Assembly (NCBI GenBank): GCA_038883795.1
Contig: JAVZLK010000006.1
Span: forward strand, 1-64,000
Direction of reading: 5' to 3'
DNA length: 64,000 nucleotides
DNA from: Candidatus Bathyarchaeia archaeon
Lineage (GTDB): Archaea > Thermoproteota > Bathyarchaeia > Bathyarchaeales > Bathycorpusculaceae
The notes beneath the pieces are model-generated. The model was not told where the DNA came from. It did no database searches and was given only the letters and a program-made list of their open reading frames with translations. Every line of letters begins with the position of its first letter. Position 1 is the stretch's first letter. This document shows positions 1 to 7,817 of the stretch, piece by piece. A program made the translations under genes and the position numbers.

Positions 1-798
1 ACCGAGATGGGTTGGCTTATAGGGTTGGTTCTAGGGGTGTTTGTCTCTTTTCTGGGGTTCGACCCAATAAAAACATTGTTGATGTGCAGCTGCTTAAACT
101 TTTTAGCCTTCGCCACCTCCTTATTTTTGGTTGTTGATCCCACACTAATTTTTGAGCGAGGGCTGGTGCACATAGAGAGAAGCATAGATTTCACCTGCAA
201 AGGTATAACAATAGCTTCAAAGGTTTTGGATGGATTACATGTATCTGAAAGCCTAGTAGAAGAAAACCTTACGCTTTTCTGTGGAGGTCTAGTGCTTTTC
301 GCGTTTGCCACAAGCACACTATTTACACCGTTACCAATATTTTTAGCCCAAAACTTACGCTTAGACATAAGCATGGTCTACGCCATTTATGTTTTAAACT
401 CAAGTGCGGCGGCGATAGGCTATTTCTTGGTGGGCAAGAGGCTTGAACTACATGAAGAGAAAATGCACATGCAAAAGGTCGTCATGTTTAGAAGCATTCT
501 AGCCTTTCTCTTATCCGTATTTGCCACAATCAGCACTCAAGCAATGGCTATGTTCGCTTTGGTTCTAGCTCTAATGGGCTTCGCATATGCCTTATACCAT
601 ATTTATGTCCTTTCTCTATCAATGGAACTTATTCCAGCAAGGAAGGCGGGTTTATTCGACGCCCTAGTAGGTTTGGGCAGCTCCGCAGGAGCCTACATAG
701 GTCCATTCATCGCTCAAACATTTGGTTTCATGCATGCGTTCATTCTGTCTGGAGCAACTTTCTTTTTGGCGTATATGTCCTTCAAGGCTTCCTCTTAA
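1..798 (+). CDS. MFS transporter (5'-truncated by window edge)
   Basis: Frame is open to the window start; many hydrophobic helices; MFS-like C-terminal motif (ELIPARKAGLFDALVGLGSSAGAYIGP). Confidence 0.75.
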   Translation, partial: TEMGWLIGLVLGVFVSFLGFDPIKTLLMCSCLNFLAFATSLFLVVDPTLIFERGLVHIERSIDFTCKGITIASKVLDGLHVSESLVEENLTLFCGGLVLFAFATSTLFTPLPIFLAQNLRLDISMVYAIYVLNSSAAAIGYFLVGKRLELHEEKMHMQKVVMFRSILAFLLSVFATISTQAMAMFALVLALMGFAYALYHIYVLSLSMELIPARKAGLFDALVGLGSSAGAYIGPFIAQTFGFMHAFILSGATFFLAYMSFKASS

Positions 799-1121
799 AA
801 GGCTTGACTGAAGGATAGAAAAACATGTGCAGCAAATGTTATTAAACCGAGTTTCTGCGTTATATATGCCCCTTGCATGATCAACATCTTCAAAATCATC
901 ATCAACAAACTCCTAACTTTAAGAAGCAAAGTTTTTAGGCATATGGTGTATAGCGCGATTTTGGAGCTAAAGCATTTAGCTTCATTTAATGCTAATGGAG
1001 GCGACTGCACTTGCCCAAGAAAGGAAAGAAGAAGGCTGAAGAAAAGAAAACCGAAGAAAGCAAGACCACATGTCAATAACACTTTGCGACAACGCTTAAC
1101 CAACAACAATTTCCCCACCAT
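795..1121 (-). pseudogene. Possible decayed membrane/secreted protein gene
   Basis: ATG plus an N-terminal hydrophobic helix; the 3' half reads more protein-like in another frame (EFVDDDFEDVDHARG), suggesting a frameshift. Confidence 0.3.
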
Positions 1122-1186
1122 TTTTCCGTAGACTCCGTTCTTCCATTAGTAACGTTTAACGGAAGGTTGTTTGATGTGGTTTGGTT

Positions 1187-1212
1187 ATTTTCTACTTATA
1201 TAAATAGAAAAT
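1187..1212. promoter_or_regulatory. 26-bp near-perfect palindrome centred on TATA-like TTATATAA
   Basis: ATTTTCTACTTATATAAATAGAAAAT, one mismatched pair. Confidence 0.45.
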
Positions 1213-1350
1213 GTGGTTTTGGGGCTCCCTCCCCGAGAGTATATTAGAAATTATATACTTATACTCTCACTGTTTCGCTGTTTCTGCTTTTTGTTTCTCC
1301 TAACCTATTCAGAAAATCTCGCCCTTCGAGTTTTCAGTCATGGAAGATTA

Positions 1351-1378
1351 TGTTCTGTTAATGTTTGTTAACAGAAAC
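1351..1378. other. dif-like tyrosine-recombinase site candidate (11-6-11)
   Basis: TGTTCTGTTAA-TGTTTG-TTAACAGAAAC; 9-bp perfect inverted arms with a TAA-N6-TTA core. Confidence 0.45.
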
Positions 1379-1589
1379 CATGAAACGATTATATATTTAG
1401 AAAAAATTTCAAAAAGCCAGAAAATTTCCTATATGAAAGCTTTTCTGGGCTATTGTAGACTAGGAGCGGGATTGATTTTTTTAGCCTATTTTTCGGGCTT
1501 GTGGGATTTTGGCGTGAGACGACTTAAAACTCTCACCGGTGAGACTTTTCAAAGTGCTTGGCGACCCCCCACACATTGATAGCTCGAAA

Positions 1590-1733
1590 TTATCACGCGC
1601 GTTATAAAATTTAGAGCTTGAAACATAATTGTTATAACACGTGTTATGGCAAGTGTCATAAGCTTCGCAGGTTAGGAGCCATCCTTCTTTTTTTACACCT
1701 CCATCTCGACTGCATCTATTACGCGCGTAATAA
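1590..1733. repeat. Three copies of palindrome ATnACRCGYGTnAT (18-mers at 1590, 1632, 1716)
   Basis: TTATCACGCGCGTTATAA, TTATAACACGTGTTATGG, CTATTACGCGCGTAATAA; spacing 42 and 84 bp. Confidence 0.8.
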
Positions 1734-1923
1734 ACACTTTCAAGCTAAGAATGCATACGCCAATGGCGATAATATCGTTTCTTGATAGACCTCTTATGTG
1801 CAACTCAAAATTGTTATTGTTAACGCTTTCTTGAACAAAACTCTTAATGTTAAGAGCTTTAATCGCGTTTTGTAGCCTTCTTAGTTCTTTGCCAGGAATA
1901 TATTAAGCGAAGCAGCTTTTCAA
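1693..1923 (-). pseudogene. Small ORF coupled to the upstream wHTH gene, with an internal TAA
   Basis: TTG overlaps the TGA of 1920..2810; MKSCFA*YIPGKELRRLQNAIKALNIK...FITRVIDAVEMEV; stop at 1903-1905. Confidence 0.5.
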
Positions 1924-2810
1924 GTGAAAGCCTCTTCAGAATTGACTTTTGAACTTAACTTTTCAATAACCTTGTCCATCTTTTGCGTTAAGGCCTGAAG
2001 AGCCTCAATAAGCCTCAAATGTTCATTCATGGCATTGGCAAACTTTTCTTGAATCTGAATGAGTCGCTTAACATTTTGAGGCATGAGCAAATAATCCTTG
2101 GCTGCTTCGACGCTTAACCAGTCAACCTCGCCAAAGCCTTCAGACTCGTCAACCTTGGCAACGTCATCACTAACCTGCCAATAACGAGAAACCAAAGCAG
2201 CAACAGGATCATAAACACCGAAGTGAATCTTGCGGGCTAGTCGACCATCACCCAAACGCACACCATACTTCAACTGCAGATGAGCAGCAACACGATCAGC
2301 AGCATCCTTAGCCAACAACAAAAGCTCACATGGATCCCTACCCTCAACTACATCACAATAAACCAGAACATGCTTAGTAGTCTGCTCAACAGTCAACCCC
2401 AACTCAGAACCAATAAGGCTACTCCAATTCATCTTCTCCACACGACGCCAATCAACAAGCACAGCAGAATCTTGCAAAATAGGATACTTAAAAACACAAT
2501 TATGAAGCCTAAAAACAAAACTAGGCGTCAAACCCTCACATCCACTGAGAAACTTTTTACATTGCTCAGTTGTTTCGTAAAAGGCTGGCCACCTCGGTCC
2601 AGAACGCTTGACTAAGCCTGCCTTCTCCAACTTTTTCAAATAATAATGAACATGCTGACGGCTCATTCCGAGAAGCCTAGCTACTTTCGTAGGATAATTT
2701 TCGTCAATTAACTTCAGGATTGGAATAAGCCTTTTCCGAACACTCCAATTGTAAAATTTTACTTTTGACAGCCTTTTTACACCAAACAAACTATTCCAAT
2801 ACAAAACCAC
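1920..2810 (-). CDS. wHTH-domain protein with uncharacterised C-terminal domain and coiled coil (mobile-element type)
   Basis: N-terminal HTH (PTKVARLLGMSRQHVHYYLKKLEKAGLV); RLHN and DESEGFGE motifs; C-terminal heptads; coding strand G/T-rich relative to neighbours. Confidence 0.8.
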   Translation of the reverse strand: MVLYWNSLFGVKRLSKVKFYNWSVRKRLIPILKLIDENYPTKVARLLGMSRQHVHYYLKKLEKAGLVKRSGPRWPAFYETTEQCKKFLSGCEGLTPSFVFRLHNCVFKYPILQDSAVLVDWRRVEKMNWSSLIGSELGLTVEQTTKHVLVYCDVVEGRDPCELLLLAKDAADRVAAHLQLKYGVRLGDGRLARKIHFGVYDPVAALVSRYWQVSDDVAKVDESEGFGEVDWLSVEAAKDYLLMPQNVKRLIQIQEKFANAMNEHLRLIEALQALTQKMDKVIEKLSSKVNSEEAFT

Positions 2811-2958
2811 AAGAATCTTCTGCCCTTAGCAAAGGACAGTATCCAAAAACGGACATATGAGGAGGGCGCTTTCACTCTAGAGGGTCTCCCTGTTAATCGC
2901 TTCAAGCCTTCAGTCTTTTAGTACAATCCTCAGCAAAAAGCCATGATTTGATGATGAA

Positions 2959-3330
2959 ATGGCGAGGGTCTCCATATTTAAAGGGCGGGAAGCAAGAGTT
3001 AATAAGGCGATTTTCCGGACCCTCGCCATGCAAAGTCCGCTAACAATTTATGATATATGGCGAAAGCTGAGAACTCAAAGCGACTTCGCCTACATACGCT
3101 ATCACATTGTAAACAGACGAGTTAGAACACTCAAAGAGCAAGGCGTCATCGAAAAAATCGGAGAGAGAAAAACGAAAAACGGCTTTCAGGCAATACTGTA
3201 CCAATTAACCTTACGAGCTTATTCATCGATTTTACTAGATAAACTTGACATGGATTTTTTCTTAAAGAAGGCTTCGAGTGATGAGATTTTATTAATGCTC
3301 GTCATCCTTGCTTCGCAACAACAAAGTTAA
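2959..3330 (+). CDS. Winged-helix transcriptional regulator
   Basis: PLTIYDI...VNRRVRTLKEQGVIEK...YQLTLR wHTH pattern; divergent from 1920..2810. Confidence 0.75.
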   Translation: MARVSIFKGREARVNKAIFRTLAMQSPLTIYDIWRKLRTQSDFAYIRYHIVNRRVRTLKEQGVIEKIGERKTKNGFQAILYQLTLRAYSSILLDKLDMDFFLKKASSDEILLMLVILASQQQS

Positions 3331-3395
3331 ACATAAGAGTTTAGAAACAATTTAAAGGGTGCTTTTACACCTTAACTTTGAAGCACGCCCGAGGC

Positions 3396-4829
3396 TTATA
3401 ACATTTTTGATAAATTGTCGAGAATAGCCACATAGGATTTTTCAAGAGTTATTAAGCCGCCAGTTGGTCCGCCTTCTCCTACGACTATGTACTCATCTGG
3501 AGCGTGGGCTCTCGCGCCGTGGCCTAAACCACCCATAACAAAGGGTAGGTTTAAGGGTTCACGGTTAAACATGCAGAAGGGGGCACTTCCAGCCATGTGA
3601 GGCCATATTTCTGGTTCGTAGCCGAATTCGCGGTAAGTCTTCAATATAGCTTGAGCTGCCGGTTCCTTTATGCTTGTTTTAGCCCAGCCATATCCCTCTT
3701 CAAGTTCTATGATTTTTATTTCTTTGAAACCATGCTTGTCCAAGTGTTTTCTTATCTTTGGGATAACTTCTTCCACAGTCATATTTGGAACTGGGCGCAC
3801 ATCCACTTTTGCCGTTATCTTGTAGGGAAGAACGGTTTTTGTTCCAGGTCCGATGTATCCGCCCCATATCCCATCTATGTTTATGGTTGGCGAGTAAAGA
3901 TATTTTAGCAATGCTTCCTTTCCATGAACATCATCTATGAAATGCTTAACCTTCATCTCATCTTTAATTGTCTCTTCGTCAAAGGTTTTCTCAAGTTTCT
4001 CCAAAAGCTCTAAATCCTCTTTGCTTGGAGGAATAACATTATCATAGAAGCCTTCAACAAGAACTTTGTTTCCATCCTTTGTTGTGAACGTGCTTAAGGC
4101 TTGTATCATGCGCCATGCCGGACTGTCCACCCAAGCCTTGTTGCTGCCGTGAATGTCAAATTCTGTTGGTCCATAACCCCAAGTTTTTCCATTAAGCTCC
4201 AATTCAAAATAGACTATTCCCTTAACGCCCAAGCTCATTTGGACTTTACCTTTCTGGTCTTGGTCAGCTGTTGGGAAAAATACAGCATCAGCTTCCTTTA
4301 GCTTGCTTAAGTACTTATTTATGAATTCGGGTAGGTGACGGCTTCCAAGTTCTTCTTCTCCTTCCGCCACGAAAATCATGTTTATTGGAATTTTCTCGCC
4401 AGCAGCCTTTATAGATTCACAAGCATTAATGAAAGCTCCAAGTTCACCCTTAGTGTTGATGGCTCCCCTCGCCACGAGACATTTGCCAAAAGGCTCCATT
4501 TCAACAATTCGTCCTTCTAATGGAGGAACAGTCCAGCCTGGTTCGTCTACTGGTTGTGTATCATACATGAAGTAAACGATTATTGTTTTTTCCGCGCCAG
4601 CATCATAATAGCCATACACCACTGGGTTGCCAGAAGTTTCAACAAGCTTTGTGTCTTGGCATCCCAAATTCTCAAAATAACTTTTAACAAGCTCTGCACA
4701 TTCGCGGATGCCACGGTTTTCAGCGGATATGGAAGGTTGTCTAACAAGCTCTTGTAAACGGTTGAGATGCTCATCAAAATGGCTTCCGATGTATTTGAAA
4801 ACTTTATCTCTATTCATTTCCATCGCCAT
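3396..4829 (-). CDS. M20/M25/M40 family metallo-hydrolase (ArgE/DapE-like)
   Basis: YDTQP, ARGAINTKG, EGEEELGS and HAPDE motifs. Confidence 0.9.
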   Translation of the reverse strand: MAMEMNRDKVFKYIGSHFDEHLNRLQELVRQPSISAENRGIRECAELVKSYFENLGCQDTKLVETSGNPVVYGYYDAGAEKTIIVYFMYDTQPVDEPGWTVPPLEGRIVEMEPFGKCLVARGAINTKGELGAFINACESIKAAGEKIPINMIFVAEGEEELGSRHLPEFINKYLSKLKEADAVFFPTADQDQKGKVQMSLGVKGIVYFELELNGKTWGYGPTEFDIHGSNKAWVDSPAWRMIQALSTFTTKDGNKVLVEGFYDNVIPPSKEDLELLEKLEKTFDEETIKDEMKVKHFIDDVHGKEALLKYLYSPTINIDGIWGGYIGPGTKTVLPYKITAKVDVRPVPNMTVEEVIPKIRKHLDKHGFKEIKIIELEEGYGWAKTSIKEPAAQAILKTYREFGYEPEIWPHMAGSAPFCMFNREPLNLPFVMGGLGHGARAHAPDEYIVVGEGGPTGGLITLEKSYVAILDNLSKML

Positions 4830-4943
4830 TTTAGAACATCTTTTATTATAATTGAAAATTAATAAGAATTTTCTAATAATCCATGATTCTGGATAATTTA
4901 TATATGCATAAAAACAATGTGAAATAAGAGAGGGAAAGCGTTC

Positions 4944-5642
4944 TTGCCCCTAGAGGACCTCATAATCTATGCAGTAATTATATTAGGGGCACTTATCGCA
5001 TGTTCAATAGTTATTTATGCCATGAGAAAAAGAGGGAAAAAAGAAGAGAAGGTGGGGGAGGAAGGAAAGTTAAAGGCTGAGTTTGGAGGTTTACCATTTA
5101 AAATAACAAAAAGTGTATCACCCGACGAAGCGGCAAGGGCAAAAGAGGAACTTAGAATTCTTAGTTTGGAAAGGGAAATTTTAAGCGATGCAATTCGACG
5201 CCTCTACGAAGCCCATGCAGAAGGAAAGATAACAGAGGAAGAGAGGGAAAGGCTTGCCCAAACATACAAAGATAGGATGGTAACAGTGAAAGAAGCCATA
5301 TCAAAAGACGAGCATCTTGTGGCTTTACATGAACTTGAAGCCATGCAAGAAGACTTGCTAAAACTTTTTAGTGAACGCTTTGACGAGCTAAGCGGAAAAA
5401 TTGAGGAACTGCGGTCAAAGGTTGAAGCTAAACCTATAAAAGAAATAACCATACCCATGCCAAAGGAAGAAGTTGTCCCCAAGCCAGAAGAAAAACCCGA
5501 GAGTGAAGAAAAAGCAAAGAGAAAGAGGAAACCAGCCGCTAAGCCAAGCCCAAGAACTGAAGCAGAGAAAAGGATAGAGGAGATAAAGGCAGAAGTGGAA
5601 AAGGTTTTGGAAAGGTTGGGACAGATGGAAATTGAAACCTAA
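4944..5642 (+). CDS. Membrane-anchored coiled-coil protein (SHOCT-like segment)
   Basis: N-terminal TM helix; EGKITEEERERL; overlaps the rpiA start. Confidence 0.75.
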   Translation: MPLEDLIIYAVIILGALIACSIVIYAMRKRGKKEEKVGEEGKLKAEFGGLPFKITKSVSPDEAARAKEELRILSLEREILSDAIRRLYEAHAEGKITEEERERLAQTYKDRMVTVKEAISKDEHLVALHELEAMQEDLLKLFSERFDELSGKIEELRSKVEAKPIKEITIPMPKEEVVPKPEEKPESEEKAKRKRKPAAKPSPRTEAEKRIEEIKAEVEKVLERLGQMEIET

Positions 5643-6345
5643 AAAAGAAGGAGTTGAAGAAGCAAAGAAAAAAGCAGCTTTAGAGGCTGTTAAGCATGTT
5701 AAAGACGGATTCGTCGTGGGTTTAGGAAGCGGAAGCACCGCTGCATATGCCATCAAAGAAATAGGGAACAGAATAAGGAATGAAAAAATCCATGTTTTAG
5801 GCGTTCCCACATCATACCAAGCTTTCATGTTAGCAATTCAATGCGGAATTCCAATAACAACTTTGGAGGAACATCCGAAATTAGATTTAACAATAGACGG
5901 GGCAGACCAAATAGACCAAGAACTAAACTTAATTAAAGGCATGGGTGGAGCCTTAACTCGCGAAAAAATTGTCGCCTTCGCATCTAAGAAGTTTATCATA
6001 GTTGCGGATGAAACCAAAAAAGTTAAGATTTTAGGAGAAAATAACCACCCATTACCGATAGAAGTTTTACCCCTTGCAGCTCCTGTTTTAATGCAGAAAA
6101 TAAAAGAGTATGGTGGAAAACCAATTTTAAGAGAAGGCATGGGAAAGGTTGGACCAGTTATAACAGACAACGGTAACGTAATAATAGACGTAGATTTTGG
6201 ACTTATACGCTACCCAGCAAAGTTAGAAAACAAGTTGAAGATGATCCCAGGAGTTGTTGAAACTGGACTTTTTGTTAAAATGGCTGACATAGTATACATT
6301 GGAACATCCACTGGTGTGGAAAAATTTGACAGAAAGAAATGCTAA
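5632..6345 (+). CDS. rpiA: Ribose-5-phosphate isomerase A
   Basis: GLGSGST, DGADQ, KGMGGALTREK and TDNGN motifs. Confidence 0.97.
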   Translation: MKPKKEGVEEAKKKAALEAVKHVKDGFVVGLGSGSTAAYAIKEIGNRIRNEKIHVLGVPTSYQAFMLAIQCGIPITTLEEHPKLDLTIDGADQIDQELNLIKGMGGALTREKIVAFASKKFIIVADETKKVKILGENNHPLPIEVLPLAAPVLMQKIKEYGGKPILREGMGKVGPVITDNGNVIIDVDFGLIRYPAKLENKLKMIPGVVETGLFVKMADIVYIGTSTGVEKFDRKKC

Positions 6346-6385
6346 AGCTTATGTGTTTTCTGATATAAAGCATTCTTGAATCACT

Positions 6386-6760
6386 ATGGGCGAAGAAAAA
6401 TTAAAGAATATTGAAAAAAGTAAGTTGCCCTTTTTCTATAGGCTAATTTTAAAGGTTCCAGGAGCCAACTTTCTTGAAAACGTTTCCTCTGGAATTTTCT
6501 GGGCTATAGTGGTGCCAATATTTTTAGTTTTAGAATTTTTCTTAAACCTTTTCTTACTTCTCCTTTTCCCATTCCCAACAAACATAGTTTTGGCAGGAAT
6601 CATCCCAGTTGCAGTTCTAATAATATTCATTAGAATAAGCCTTGAAAGATTCATAAACTGGTGGAACCTAAATGTTGGAGAAAGCTCGTTTAAATGGGAT
6701 GTTGAAAAAACTTTGCAGGAATATGTAGCTTTATTAAAGGAAAAAGAGAAGAAAGAATAA
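6386..6760 (+). CDS. Hypothetical membrane protein
   Basis: Two hydrophobic helices, charged termini. Confidence 0.65.
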   Translation: MGEEKLKNIEKSKLPFFYRLILKVPGANFLENVSSGIFWAIVVPIFLVLEFFLNLFLLLLFPFPTNIVLAGIIPVAVLIIFIRISLERFINWWNLNVGESSFKWDVEKTLQEYVALLKEKEKKE

Positions 6761-6817
6761 CTTTTGAATCGATAGGTTAATTAAACATTCTTAAACAAAA
6801 TACATAAGAATGGCGTG

Positions 6818-6922
6818 GCCGGGGTAGCCTAGCCTGGAATGGGCGCCAGACTCATAATCTGGAGTCGAATGGGGCTAAGCGCCCAACGCCAGAAGTCGCG
6901 GGCTCGAATCCCGCCCCCGGCA
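6818..6922 (+). tRNA. Elongator tRNA-Met(CAT) with 30-nt non-canonical intron (6865-6894, position 45/46)
   Basis: Acceptor GCCGGGG/CCCCGGC plus A73; anticodon arm CCAGA-CTCATAA-TCTGG; T-stem GCGGG/CCCGC; removing the intron gives variable loop AGGTC and a 75-nt tRNA; CCA not encoded. Confidence 0.92.
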
Positions 6923-6965
6923 CTATAGGCTATTCTTTGTTTTCTATTTGATAGCATTATTTATT

Positions 6966-7682
6966 TTAATTAGATGTTTGCCTACTTTTTACTTTCAAGT
7001 ATGATTCGTTGTACCTTTGTTTGAGCTCTTCTTCAGAAATAAGAGGCTGACTGATTGTCTTAAGGGTGTCATCAGTCATTTTTCCGTCTTTTATTAATTG
7101 AACGCCGGCTTGTTTCAATGCTTCTATGATAATTTTGGCTTTCTCTTTGTTTTCTTCCATGAGAAAAGCATGCGGCCGGAGATTAGCACCTGCAAATTCT
7201 ATGCCCACATCCTTTGCAAGCTCTTCAGCGATGCGAAGTACAGTTCCAAAATTGCCCAATTCCCACCAACCAGACGCTGAAACCAGCACAATCTTTCTTA
7301 TCTTAATATTCTCATGAAATCTAGCTCGTGTGCGACCTTCACGTTTTTCCAATATTGGCTCTACAAGAGGACAAAGTCGGTTGATGAAGTTTTGCATCTC
7401 GCCTGGAAGGGGGATATAGACCGGTGTAGCAAGCACAAGAATGTCTGCGCTGCGTAGCTTGGGATAGAGTATTTGCATATCGTCAGAAATGATGCACTCG
7501 CCTGGTTTTGTGTACCAGCAATGAAAATCTCCTATGCAAGACTTAATGTTTAAGCGTTTTACATAGAACAACTCGACAGACGCACCTGCCTCCTTCATGC
7601 CTTCAAGAAGAGGCTCCATAAGCATTGCTGTATTACTCTTTTCCATGCGGACGCTTCCATTTATTGCCACTACTTTTGTCAA
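6966..7682 (-). CDS. Flavodoxin family / iron-sulfur flavoprotein (NADPH-dependent FMN reductase fold)
   Basis: INGSVR..SNT, CIGDFHC...C cluster, LATPVY. Confidence 0.88.
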   Translation of the reverse strand: MTKVVAINGSVRMEKSNTAMLMEPLLEGMKEAGASVELFYVKRLNIKSCIGDFHCWYTKPGECIISDDMQILYPKLRSADILVLATPVYIPLPGEMQNFINRLCPLVEPILEKREGRTRARFHENIKIRKIVLVSASGWWELGNFGTVLRIAEELAKDVGIEFAGANLRPHAFLMEENKEKAKIIIEALKQAGVQLIKDGKMTDDTLKTISQPLISEEELKQRYNESYLKVKSRQTSN

Positions 7683-7750
7683 AGTAACCCTCCAAAGACC
7701 AGATTAGAGCACGTTCTTTATAGCAATTTGCATTTTAAGTGCATAATTGT

Positions 7751-7778
7751 CCAGAGAGCGTAGGCTCGAATACTCTCC
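7751..7778 (+). repeat. Degenerate direct repeat of tRNA-Met 6889-6916
   Basis: CCAGA-N3-CG-N2-GGCTCGAAT aligned ungapped; 19/28 identical. Confidence 0.45.
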
Positions 7779-7817
7779 TACCTTTAGTTTTTACGGATGA
7801 TTAACTAGCGATTATGT

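Larger units (their letters stand above)
800..3330. mobile_element. Putative decayed integrated element, no integrase seen; boundaries approximate
   Basis: Divergent wHTH pair, pseudogenes, dense inverted repeats and a dif-like site between two housekeeping-type genes. Confidence 0.4.

Noticed and set aside
877-1579. Plus-strand ORFs 877-1131 and 1340-1579
   Set aside because: No recognisable motifs; one is the antisense shadow of a hydrophobic ORF, the other runs across the inverted-repeat region.
1590-1733. Possible mini-CRISPR array
   Set aside because: Repeats are only 14-18 bp and degenerate, the expected unit at 1674 is missing, and no cas genes are present.
1903-1905. In-frame stop as possible recoding
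   Set aside because: It is TAA, not TGA or TAG; simple pseudogenisation fits better.
3353-3378. Inverted repeat as a second att/dif site
   Set aside because: No similarity to 1351-1378; its position between convergent genes suggests a terminator.
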